A stretch of DNA of 63,520 nucleotides, filler included, from Hyphochytrium catenoides (Eukaryota; Protista; Hyphochytriomycota): the NCBI GenBank assembly GCA_900088475.1. It is 16 parts of 16 records of this genome, joined end to end, with 100 filler letters (N's around TTAATTAATTAA, not from the genome) between each part and the next. Parts side by side here need not be neighbours in the genome. Positions count along the whole stretch, not along the records: positions 1 to 1,796 come from FLMG01002893.1; positions 1,897 to 5,288 come from FLMG01001897.1; positions 5,389 to 7,194 come from FLMG01001218.1; positions 7,295 to 11,740 come from FLMG01001303.1; 12 more parts are not named here. One strand, given 5' to 3'. Numbering within the stretch: position 1 is the first letter of the stretch; each line of letters starts with the position of its first letter. Shown one piece after another: positions 1 through 10,870 of the stretch. Under the pieces are notes generated by a model that did not search any database, was not told the origin of the DNA, and saw only the letters and a list, made by a program, of their open reading frames with translations. Both the position numbers and the translations under genes were made by a program.

Positions 1-572
1 TGTCAAACAGCTTCCTCTTGCCTCTCCCTCCTTCAGCCGGCTGTAAAGCCCTACCAGCCTTGGAAAGAAGTCTCCCAGCATTGGAGAGAAGAGCCTCTCT
101 CTCTCGTCTTGATTCTCTCCGACCACCCACGTTCTCTCTCTTGAAGAGAGAAGAAGACTTTGAAGAGCTTGGAGCTGGTGGAGCCTGGTAGGAGGGTGAG
201 ATTCAATAAAGATCAGAGAAGAGAGGAGAGAGACACATTCTCTCCATTGCTCGTCCGGAAGACTTTGTAAAAGAGTTGAAAAGAGAGAACGAGAAGATCC
301 AGAGCGCTTCTCTTTCTCTTCTCCGTCTCCCTCTCTCTCTTCTCCTCCTCCAAGAGCCACAGCTGCCGCTAATCGGACTTCCTGCTTGGGATGCCCTAAG
401 AGCTCTACCAGTGCGGCGAAAGATGAGGAAGCAGCAGCTTGACGAGAGAGAGACAGAAGCTCCANNNNNNNNNNNNNNNNNNNNNNNNNNNNNNNNNNNN
501 NNNNNNNNNNNNNNNNNNNNNNNNNNNNNNNNNNNNNNNNNNNNNNNNNNNNNNNNNNNNNNNNNNNNNNNN

Positions 573-1655
573 AGAGGAAAGCCTCCGCTAGGCCGGGGAA
601 GCGCTTCTGATAGAGCTCAACCTGAGCGATCAACTCTTTCACCAGCTGGATCATAACTGTGATTATCACAGGGATCGGTCTGCCGTGATCGCCTAACAAA
701 TGTACCCGGAGAGAATCAGCGATTGACTCCAAAGATCTTTTCTGGATCAATTCAGTTATCAGTTCTTCTCTTTCATCCTTGAGGACATGTCGGGGAAGAA
801 TCAGCAGAAGAGCTCTCAGATGAAGAAAGAGACCGTGTTTCTCATTCGCTGTGAATTTTCTCTCTCTCTCTCTTTCTCTCTCTTTTCCTCCCGAGAGATA
901 GAGAGAAAGAGAGAGGAGGAGATCCGGCAGTCGTCGGCCAGGAGAGAGAGCACAGAGGGCACGAGAAGCCATGAGTCGGGCCATCATGTTTCTCTCTCCT
1001 GCGCAGGAGAGAAGGAGAGGCTCGAAGCGCTGGGTAACTGAGTTTACTAAGGAGACGGAAGGCGCTTGGCTGGAGCCTGAGCAAGAGAGAGAGAGAGAAC
1101 TAAAAGTCAGACAGAGATAAGGGAAGGATCTTAAGGACAGAAGAGAAAACTGTCAGAGAGAAAGAGAATGAGAGAAAGAGATAGACAGAGGCGCGGAGGA
1201 CGTTGGAGAAATGTCCTGGATCTGGAAGAAAAAGAAACATAAAGAGAGAGGAGAAATAAGTGCTCCAAACCGAGAGAAAGAATTGTGTGTGAGAGAGAGA
1301 AGAAGTGTGTGTGAGAGAGAGAGAAGCAAGAGAGAGGTAGAGTCGGAGATAACATGGAGGAAGAGCGTGTGTCTCAGTTGTAGTACAGAATAGAGAGAGG
1401 AAAGTAGAGTAGCGGGAATATGTGCGAGAGAGACAAGAAAGAAAGAAAGCAGACAGAATGAAGTAGAGTGTCCAAGAGAGAGAGAGAAAATGAAGAAAGA
1501 TTGAGTATAAAGGTCATAGTGAGAACGAGCAGGAAGAGAATCACCCAAGAATAGTAAAGGGAGAGACAAGAGAGAGAGAGAGAGAGAGAGAAGAGAGAAA
1601 AAGGCAGAATATTTCTACCTGCAACTTCAGTACTATCATCATCCAGCACAGGTCT
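573..1655 (-). CDS. Internal exons of an unidentified spliced gene (partial)
   Basis: Non-repetitive blocks between GA microsatellites read as protein on the minus strand (RHVLKDEREELITELIQKRSLESIADSL..., PVLDDDSTEVA followed by a GT donor). No family recognised. Confidence 0.3.
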
Positions 1656-1796
1656 TAGCCGCGAGAGAAGGAGCAAGATAGAAAAGAGACTGGGGTGCAT
1701 TCCTCTCTCTCTTTCCCTCTCTTCTCTCTGTCCCTCCTTGTTCTCCTCTTCTTCTCTCCCCTGTCTCTCTCCTCTTGCTCCTCTCAGCTGCTCCTG

Positions 1797-1896
1797 NNNN
1801 NNNNNNNNNNNNNNNNNNNNNNNNNNNNNNNNNNNNNNNNTTAATTAATTAANNNNNNNNNNNNNNNNNNNNNNNNNNNNNNNNNNNNNNNNNNNN
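1797..1896. other. Artificial contig-joining spacer N44-TTAATTAATTAA-N44 (first of 15; also 5289, 7195, 11741, 20652, 22023, 23372, 27365, 30207, 31795, 51063, 56670, 58381, 61089, 62244)
   Basis: An identical 100-nt cassette recurs. TTAATTAATTAA places stop codons in all six frames, a standard concatenation linker. Confidence 0.97.
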
Positions 1897-4800
1897 TTTA
1901 GACACACCAAGGCCACCGGATACCACCATCGACGCCGTTGTGGTAGCACTAGCCTGTAACACATTCGCAGCCGTCAGCACGCCGCCAATAAAGGCATTCT
2001 TTGATACACCCACTCCACCGCTGACTATCAATGACCCCGTCGTCGTACTGCTGGAGTCACCGGAGTTCACGGCATACACAGTTCCACCCAGATATGTGTC
2101 CAACGCCACACCAAGGCCTCCAGATATAACTGCAGATCCAACAGTAGTACTCGTTGACTGGGCGACATTCGCCGCGGTAAATGTACCGCCAATGAACGCT
2201 TTCTTGTACACGCCTAAGCCTCCGCGAGTGATGATAGAACCGGTCGTCGAGCTTGATGATTCACCCGTATGAGTAGCATATACAGTACCACCGAGGTAGC
2301 TGTCCAGACCTACCCCAAGCCCACCGGACACGACAGCCGCACCATTATGCGTGGCCGTGGATTGAGCAAGGTTCCCGGCGGTCAAGACACCACCAACAAA
2401 CGTCTTCTTATAAACTCCTAAACCACCGCTAACGACCACCGAACCAGTCATGGAACTGGAAGCGTCAGCTGTGTGGATGGCATACACTGTACCACCAAGA
2501 TAGCTGTCTTTAGACACACCAAGTCCACCAGACACTACCACGGAAGCGGCGCTAGTTGTAGTAGCTTGTAATGCATTTGCTGCGGTGAGCACACCACCAA
2601 TGTATGTATTCTTTAACACGCCCACTCCGCCGCCTACTATAAGGGATCCAGTCTCCGTACTTGTGGACTCACCCGAGTTGGTCAAATAAAGTGTGCCACC
2701 AATATATGTGTCCAATGCCACCCCCAGGCCGCCAGCAATCACTGCGGACCCAGCATCGGTACCAGTTGATTGGGCGACGTTCGCCGCGGTAAATACACCG
2801 CCAATAAATGCATTCTTATAAACTCCTAGACCACCCCGAGTGATGATCGCACCAGTCATCGAGCTTGATGATTCACCCGTGTGAGTAGCATATACTGTGC
2901 CACCGAGATAAGTATCAAGGGCTACCCCAAGGCCACCAAATACCACAGCCGCACCGTAGTCCGTTGCGGTAGATTGGGCTGAGTTGGCTGCCGTCAATAC
3001 ACCACCAATAAAGGCTTTCTTATATACTCCTAACCCACCTCCAATAATCACTGAACCGGTCATAGAGTTCGACGAGTCAGCGGTATGTATGGCATATATA
3101 GTACCACCCAGGTAGCTGTCCAGCGCCACTCCAACACCTCCAGATACTACCAAGGAAGCCGTAGTCGTCGAACTAGCTTCCAAAGAGTTAGCCGCCGTCA
3201 GTACACCACCAATATACGTGTTCTTAGCAACACCAACACCACCACTCACAACCAATGACCCCGTGGTGCTATCAGAAGAGTCAGCGTTATTAGTGGCATA
3301 CAACTTGCCGCCAAAATATGAGTCCAGGCCTACGCCAAGACCTCCAGATACCACCATGGAAGCCGTAGTCGTCGAACTAGCCTCCAAAGAGTTAGCCGCC
3401 GTCAGAACACCACCAATATACGTGTTCTTAGCAATACCAACACCACCACTCACAATCAATGACCCCGTGCTACTATCAGAAGCCTCAGCACTATTAGTGG
3501 CATACAACTTGCCTCCAAAGTATGAGTCCAGGCCTACCCCAAGACCTCCAGACACCACCATGGAAGCCGTAGTTGTCGAACTAGCCTCCAACGAGTTAGA
3601 CGCTGTCAGTACACCACCAATATACGTGTTCTTAGCAACACCAACACCACCACTCACAATTAACGAACCCGTGGTGCTATCAGAAGCGTCCGCGTTACTA
3701 GTGGCATACAACTTGCCTCCAAAGTATGAGTCCAGGCCTACGCCAAGACCTCCAGACACCACCATGGAAGCCGTAGTCGTCGAACTAGCCTCCAAAGAGT
3801 TAGCCGCTGTCAGCACACCACCAATATACGTGTTCTTAGCAACACCAACACCACCACTCACAATCAATGATCCCGTGCTACTATCAGAAGACTCAGCGAT
3901 ATTAGTGGCATACAACTTGCCTCCAAAATATGAGTCCAGGCCTACGCCAAGACCTCCAGACACCACCATTGAAGCCGTAGTCGTCGAACTAGCTTCTAAA
4001 GAGTTAGCCGCCGTCAATACACCACCAATATACGTGTTCTTAGCCACTCCAACACCACCACTCACGATCAACGATCCTGTGCTACTATCAGAAGCATCAG
4101 CGTTATTAGTGGCATACACCTTGCCTCCAAAGTATGAGTCCAGGCCTACGCCAAGACCTCCAGACACCACCATGGAAGCCATAGTCGTCGAACTAGCTTC
4201 CAAAGAGTTAGCAGCTGTCAATACACCACCAATATACGTGTTCTTAGCAACACCAACACCACCACTCACAATCAATGACCCCGTGGTGCTATCAGAGGCG
4301 TCAGCGTTGTTAGTGGCATACACTTTGCCTCCAAAGTATGAGTCCAGGCCTACCCCGAGACCTCCAGACACCACCATGGAAGCCGTAGTCGTCGAACTAG
4401 CTTCCAACGAGTTAGCAGCTGTCAGAACACCACCAATATACGTGTTCTTAGCAACACCAACACCACCACTCACGATCAATGAACCCGTGCTACTATCAGA
4501 AGACTCAGCACTATTAGTGGCATACAACTTGCCTCCAAAGTATGAGTCCAGGCCTACGCCAAGACCTCCAGACACCACCATGGAAGCCGTAGTCGTCGAA
4601 CTAGCTTCTAAAGAGTTAGCCGCCGTCAGTACACCACCAATATACGTGTTCTTAGCCACTCCAACACCACCACTCACAATCAGTGACCCCGTGGTGCTAT
4701 CAAAAGCGTCCGCGCTATTACTGGCATAAACCTTGCCTCCAAAATATGAGTCGAGGCCTACGCCAAGACCTCCAGACACCACCATGGAAGCCGTAGTCGT

Positions 4801-5288
4801 CGAACTAGCTTCCAAAGAGTTAGCAGCTGTCAGTACACCACCAATATACGTGTTCTTGGCCACTCCGACGCCACCACTCACAATCAATGATCCCGTGCTA
4901 CTATCAGAAGACTCAGCGTTATTAGTGGCATAAACTTTGCCTCCAAAATATGAGTCCAGGCTTACGCCAAGACCTCCAGACACCACCATTGAAGCCGTAG
5001 TTGTCGAACTAGCTTCTAAAGAGTTAGCCGCCGTCAGCACACCACCAATATACGTGTTCTTAGCAACACCAACACCACCACTCACAATTAATGACCCCGT
5101 GGTGCTATCAAATGCCTCAGCGTTATTAGTGGCATACACCTTCCCTCCAAAATATGAGTCCAGGCCTACGCCAAGACCTCCAGACACCACCATGGAAGCC
5201 ATAGTCGTCGAACTAGCTTCCAAAGAGTTAGCCGCTGTCAGTACACCACCAATATACGTGTTCTTAGCAACACCAACACCACCACTCA
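1897..5288 (-). CDS. Intronless Gly/Ser/Thr-rich 34-aa (68-aa dimer) tandem-repeat protein, partial at both ends; resembles phage/giant-virus fibre repeats
   Basis: The frame is open across the whole 3.4-kb contig. About 33 units alternate ...ASMVVSGGLGVGLDSYFGG... and ...GSLIVSGGVGVAKNTYIGG.... Variation between units is largely synonymous in this frame. Confidence 0.85.
3150..5288. repeat. 204-bp coding tandem repeat (two 102-bp sub-units)
   Basis: agccgtagtcgtcgaactag occurs at 3361 and 4381 (1020 = 5 x 204) with copies in between. Units at 1897-3150 are more diverged. Confidence 0.95.
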
Positions 5289-6599
5289 NNNNNNNNNNNN
5301 NNNNNNNNNNNNNNNNNNNNNNNNNNNNNNNNTTAATTAATTAANNNNNNNNNNNNNNNNNNNNNNNNNNNNNNNNNNNNNNNNNNNNAGGTTGAGCTGC
5401 AGCTTCCCGCGTCACTACGGGTCTTTCTCCTTTACAAGGGTCCTTGCTGGGGGCGAGTGTGACGGACTAGGCGCTGTGGAGCTTCCAGGACTCTCCCAGA
5501 GCGCGCTGCCCGAGCGCCGCTGCTGGCGCGGCCGCAGCTCCTCCCACGGCCATCACAGTCTCTGTTTCTCTTCAGCCCTCCCACCATCCACAGGAAGGAC
5601 GGTAACGGCCATGACATATTCGCGACACTGAACCAAACACGAAATGTTTCCTAGCATTAGGAGGGTTTTTGCCCTGTGGAAAGGACGATGAAGGATTCCT
5701 ATGAAAATATGCAATGAATCGTTCAGGTTGATGATTCATGGCATTGATGGTCTTTTCTTCTTCCCTGGATCTCTTGATGATTTATCGTTCTTCCTTCTCT
5801 CCTCTTTGTCCCTAACATTTCCATCAGAGTATTATCTACTCTCCCTCATCAGCTCCTCTCCTAGCTGTGTTAGTCAGTCTTAGGTCTGTATGCAGCCTGT
5901 TTGATACCTAGTCCGGGGGAGAAAGACAAAGAGAAGAGATAAGTGCTTTCTTCCCCATGCTGACACTAAAGCCCTATAAAGTCAGGCTGAGAGGCGAGGA
6001 AGTTGACAAACGTAATAGGCAAGAGATTCTCTTACTAATGGATAATGATCTCTCCATCAGAGCTCCAGAAAGAACAAGTAGGAGAAACAAGAGTTTTGTG
6101 GGTTCTTGCGAGCTAAGATTAGGCTCAACGGATCCTTAGACATTAGATAAGAAATGGGGCTGAAGAGCAATTCGCGCTGAGCAACACTTACAAGCTACAG
6201 CCATGTAGCTCAATACCCAAGTGTTTGCTAACATGGGGACAATGATTCTCCCAAGGGTCGAGTGTACTTTACGCGAGACCGTCAGCAACGGAAGCATGGC
6301 ATGTCCGTTGGAGCCCTGACCAATAACAGGATAGCCCTCTCTGTACTGAGGTAGCGTGAGAGTCTATGTTGTATGAAGATCTTTGATGGGAACGTAGAGC
6401 TGGGACTTACAATGTTTCCATTAGCGATTTCTGACATCTTCTGTACCGCAGCCCCAACATTCTTTTATACATCTTTTGTACATCCTTCGTCCTCATCGAT
6501 GGTAACATACAGTTGTGCCTCACTGATAGGCCCATTCAGTAATACGCGACTGGGCTGCTAAGTGACCGTTGTCCTAGCTGCACGGTATCAGAAGTAATT

Positions 6600-7194
6600 C
6601 AATCAGAGATGTCCATCACCTCGTTGGTATGATAACTCGTAGCCTGATTGAGTGCAGAGAATGAAGGTTAGTGGGAGTAAAGTGGAACTAGATGAGAGAC
6701 AGAACGTTACCTTCTCGCCTGGGCTTTGTTGTTCAGCCTCACCCATGTCTCCTGGCCCTTCATGGTCCTTCCCTTTGCTAAGTAAAGCCCTAGGATGTAT
6801 TCAAACATCAAGGAGACAATATTAGGTAACACGGTAGCTAAAAGACTGAGTAAATAGAGACACGATTTTTGACAGATATATATGTGATGAGGATGCATTC
6901 AAACATCAAGGAGACCCCGTAGCTAAAAGACTGAGTAAATAGAAACACGATTTTCGACAGATATATATGTGATGAGGATGCACAGACTTTCTGAGATAGT
7001 ATAGAGTTGGGCACTCTGAAGACAGACAGTATATGAAAGCAATGACAGAGAGACGAAAGAGGTGAAACAACTGAGGCAGATCACCCACCTATAGTATGTC
7101 TTCCTCAAGATGTCATCAATCTTGCTGTCGACAAGGGAGCGGAGGTTGGTTTTGCCCAGGACGAGGTCTCGCGCAACAATTCTAGCTCTAATCG
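6600..7194 (-). CDS. 3' exons of an unidentified spliced gene (partial)
   Basis: Exon-like blocks with GT/AG borders: IRARIVARDLVLGKTNLRSLVDSKIDDILRKTYY (7089-7194), KGKDHEGPGDMGEAEQQSPGEK (~6711-6776), ATSYHTNEVMDISD*. Confidence 0.3.
6793..6982. repeat. Imperfect ~90-bp tandem duplication (intronic)
   Basis: ggatg(t/c)attcaaacatcaaggagac...gtagctaaaagactgagtaaataga..acacgatttt.gacagatatatatgtgatgaggatgca occurs twice. Confidence 0.85.
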
Positions 7195-7466
7195 NNNNNN
7201 NNNNNNNNNNNNNNNNNNNNNNNNNNNNNNNNNNNNNNTTAATTAATTAANNNNNNNNNNNNNNNNNNNNNNNNNNNNNNNNNNNNNNNNNNNNCATAAT
7301 AACTGAGTACCGTGGGGTTGTCACTTAGCTAAGGCGCAAAGTTGTCATCGGCAGCTGGCAGGACCTCTAGCCACAAATAGCTTATTTCCAAAGTTCCATC
7401 AAAGACCTCAGACACGCAGAGAAAAGAGCAGCCAACCCGTAAGCAAGGAGCATCAACGACCCCAGC

Positions 7467-8492
7467 ATGAAGTTTCTATCCATTGTTTCCGTTCTCCTTG
7501 TGGCCGCCCTCGGCCAAGGTGTCAACGCTGAGGAGGAGGTAGCGCCTCAGAAGAACAACCTTCGCGCTCTTCAGTTCGCTCAGGGAAGTGCTTCTGCCGT
7601 CGCTAGCGGCGGCTCCTCCAGCGCCTCCAGCAGTGCCACCGCCATCTCTTCTGGGTTCGGCAGCGCTTTTGCCTCTGGCTCCGCAAGCGCTCATTCGTCA
7701 GGAGGCTGGTGGGGCGGTAGCAGCGCTTCAGCTAGCTCTTCCGCCTTCGCCGGAGGCTTTGGCTTTGGCGGTGCCTACGCCTACGGTAGCGCCATCGCTG
7801 CACCCCTTGCATACCCCAACCTCTACGTCCCTAACTTCGCCTACTGGCAAACCCGCCCCCTGCACACCGGTGTCTTCTGGAATAATCAGAACATCTACCA
7901 CGATATCCATGGCAACGGCCGCAGGAGCCACTGCTACAATGGCCACTGCACAACCATCATCTACCATAACGGCCGCATTGTTCGCCAGCACGAGTGGCAG
8001 GATAACTGGACCCAGGATCGCGATGACCCAAGAGATGAGTACACTGGTATCCCACACATTCCTGCCACGGGGCCCCCTGTGATTAGGACTGACAACCCTG
8101 GAGAAGGCGAGATCCGTATCAACACTAAGTTTGGATACCGCATTCTGGCAATGCCTCAAGCTCCTCCAGTGAAACGCGTCGAAGACTTGAAGAACAGATT
8201 CGTTCCCGTTGTTCTTCAGAATGTCCGCTTCCCTGGTGTCGAGGGCCCGTATGACTGTACTCACTTCGTAGGAGTTGGTGAGGAGATGGCTGGCCTTCCT
8301 GGCACTCTCAACGTTGGACGAGATGACAAGCACAGGCCGATCCTTGGCTACATGGTCTCTGACATCACCTACCCTGGCTACCACTGCGTTCACAACGAAG
8401 ACGACAAGAAACCGCAGTTCGCCTTCTCTGACATCGGCACTGGCAGCAGATACGTTGTGGAGCACGGCAATAACGGTGTCATCATCAACTAA
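7467..8492 (+). CDS. Secreted protein, 341 aa: signal peptide, NLRALQ (RXL) motif, Ser/Ala/Gly-rich segment, His/Cys-rich segment, globular C-terminus
   Basis: ATG-to-TAA intronless ORF; MKFLSIVSVLLVAALGQGVNA signal peptide; strong C-ending codon bias. Confidence 0.88.
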   Translation: MKFLSIVSVLLVAALGQGVNAEEEVAPQKNNLRALQFAQGSASAVASGGSSSASSSATAISSGFGSAFASGSASAHSSGGWWGGSSASASSSAFAGGFGFGGAYAYGSAIAAPLAYPNLYVPNFAYWQTRPLHTGVFWNNQNIYHDIHGNGRRSHCYNGHCTTIIYHNGRIVRQHEWQDNWTQDRDDPRDEYTGIPHIPATGPPVIRTDNPGEGEIRINTKFGYRILAMPQAPPVKRVEDLKNRFVPVVLQNVRFPGVEGPYDCTHFVGVGEEMAGLPGTLNVGRDDKHRPILGYMVSDITYPGYHCVHNEDDKKPQFAFSDIGTGSRYVVEHGNNGVIIN

Positions 8493-9919
8493 GATTCTCA
8501 TGCTGGGACTACCCTCTCAGGCCGAAGAAGACTTGGATGTGACAGGGTCCTAACCAACAAAGGGTCAAGAAGGCGACGCTAGCCTTAATTTTTTTCTTAT
8601 ATTCTGTTTCTAAAAGGAGGCCAGGAGTAGACTAGGTAGCGAATGATCTATCTTCTGCAACCTCTCCATCCTAATCTTAAGCTTATTAACCTCGGAGCCG
8701 CTTGGGAGGAGAAGGTAGCTCGCTATCCTCACTCAGCGGACCGCAGGGTCTATTCGATAAAGAAAAGTAGATTTTACTTTTTTGTTGTTAGAAGGCAGCC
8801 ACCATCGATGGAGCCATATTTATTCACCACTGTTCTTATACGTTGGCCTTCTCTCATCATGCCTTTCTTTCATTACCTTCGATGTTGGTGGTCTTCTTGG
8901 GGGCGCGCAGCTGCTCCAGCAACGTGGTCGAACGCTCTTCTTCGCGCTGATGCTTGGCCATCATTGGAGGCGTCTCACTACGGCTCTACGGCCTCACACC
9001 CGTACTTCATTGGTGGTTCATATGGAAAATGTGCTCTGATTGACGAGTAGTAGAAACAATCGTATTTCTCCTCAGCAGCGGGGTCCTTTCTGTTAAATGA
9101 ACCCCAAGTGATAACGGTCCTGGCGCGTCTTCTCTTTGGCTCGTCCCCCGCTGTACATATTGCTGAGGATATCGACTACGATTCTTCATCCTCTGCTGTT
9201 ATTCTCTCTCAGGACTTTAAAGCTAGCGAGAAAATATGGAAAGAGTCCAAGATTTATCAGTAGCCCTTGCTGCCTCATCAGCTTCTTATCATTTCTTCTT
9301 GGAGCTCTACCACGAAGAGAGAGATATACCTCCTAGCCTTTCTCATATTAGGGGGCATCCGAAGAGAAGAGAGAGGAGAAAAAAGAGAGGGAGAAGCCAA
9401 AAGAGAATAGCCAGGGAATAGAGAAAGGAGGGGAAAAGGGAGAAGAGAGAGGACATAATGTGATAATATAGTCAAGGATCCTTGACTAGGATGTCAAACA
9501 CTTATTTCTAGATTGTGACTGGACATCCACTCTTCTTAATCTGAAAAGACTTCTCTTCTCTCCTTGCTGCTCAAAAGGTCAACACACAGGGGTTTTGCTC
9601 TTCCATGTCTCTCCATTAACACAGAGGTTGACTCCATTATTTAGGGAAGGAATATACAGTGTATGAGTCTACTACGACGACTGAGAGAACAGAGAGAAGA
9701 AGGGAACAAGGCGTCTGTTAACAGCACCATCACTGATACCAGAAAAGAGGAGACCCGTGAGTTCGTTTCCCCTAGACAACTTTCATCCTTGTCAACGACT
9801 AAGCCAGAGGTGAGAGCTGTGTGCGCTGGTCATTTGCCGCAGTGAGAGTATGCTTTGGAAGGATTGTTACACCAGCGACGGGCTTTCACCTTCCTCAACG
9901 TCTTGAGGGGTGCTAGCGG

Positions 9920-10870
9920 CTAGGAGGAGCCGTGGACCTGGGCGTTATGACACATAGAACAACATTCAGCGCCGTTCGGGGCATAGATTGACCAGTAGCC
10001 CATCGTCTTCTCCCCGATAACATCGTCGTGTGGGATCAGTCCGTTCCTGCAGATAGAGCTCATGATCTCGAGCTTCATTAGCTCGTCAACGCGTCGCCTA
10101 TATTCTTCATTCTGGAGGAGGGTAGACCACGGGAGATTCTTATACTCGTTTTGATTCACTCGTCCCAGTACTTTATATATGGCGTTGATCCCGCTATCTG
10201 GCCGATCTTTGTTCCAGAGAGGAAGTTGGCTCTGCTTTAGTTTGAAGAGGTCTGAGCAAAAGCAATTCGGGATCCAAGTTTTGTAAGATGGCATGAAGAA
10301 AGGACTCAAGGACTGCTGGCGTTTGAGTGTCAATCGATTGATTGCGTCGTCGACCATCACTGAGCCTTCGATTATGCCTGTGCGACTTTCGGTTCGGCAA
10401 GCGAATGCCCCAACTTGCTCTTGCAGGTAGTAGACATCTCCATCCACAGGGTCAACGTGGTCTGTCATGGCATTGGTGTCCAGCAGACAGGCACCGAAGG
10501 TTACCGTGTATGGATAGTACCCGTTTCCACCCGGTGCATCCTGGGCTGCCCAGCAGAGTCTGTCCGCATAATGCTTCTTACCACTCCAGAGTTTTCGAGC
10601 ACCGCGAAGGTTCCGACCATCTGTCATAACATTATTGTCATCTTGAGAAACAGCCGAAGGAATGGGAGGCTCTTTCTCTCTTGATAGTAGGGAAGAAGAC
10701 ATGGTGTGATCATTGTCATTGTTGACTTCCTCTTGAGGCGGAACTCCTATCAGAGACAAGTTTTGCTCGTCCATAGCTTCCACGGCAGGTGTCAACCCAA
10801 GAATAGAAACCAAGAAGAAGGCATGTACTAGGAGGAGGAGGAGTAGCTGATGCGGTGAGAAAGCGACCAT
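9920..10870 (-). CDS. Secreted Cys-containing protein, 316 aa, with RNLRGARKL motif
   Basis: Intronless ORF; hydrophobic N-terminal signal ending AVEA; acidic low-complexity pro-region, then RNLRG-RKL, then a globular domain with about 9-10 Cys. Confidence 0.8.
   Translation of the reverse strand: MVAFSPHQLLLLLLVHAFFLVSILGLTPAVEAMDEQNLSLIGVPPQEEVNNDNDHTMSSSLLSREKEPPIPSAVSQDDNNVMTDGRNLRGARKLWSGKKHYADRLCWAAQDAPGGNGYYPYTVTFGACLLDTNAMTDHVDPVDGDVYYLQEQVGAFACRTESRTGIIEGSVMVDDAINRLTLKRQQSLSPFFMPSYKTWIPNCFCSDLFKLKQSQLPLWNKDRPDSGINAIYKVLGRVNQNEYKNLPWSTLLQNEEYRRRVDELMKLEIMSSICRNGLIPHDDVIGEKTMGYWSIYAPNGAECCSMCHNAQVHGSS

Noticed and set aside
1940-5344. Long plus-strand ORFs (up to 503 aa, PPKYESRPTPRPPDTT repeats)
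   Set aside because: Antisense shadows of the repeat gene. They are broken by stops where synonymous changes occur in the minus-strand frame.
7476-8553. Overlapping alternative ORFs (7588+, 7728-, 7476-, 8275+)
   Set aside because: By-products of biased codon usage in the 7467-8492 gene; no independent features.
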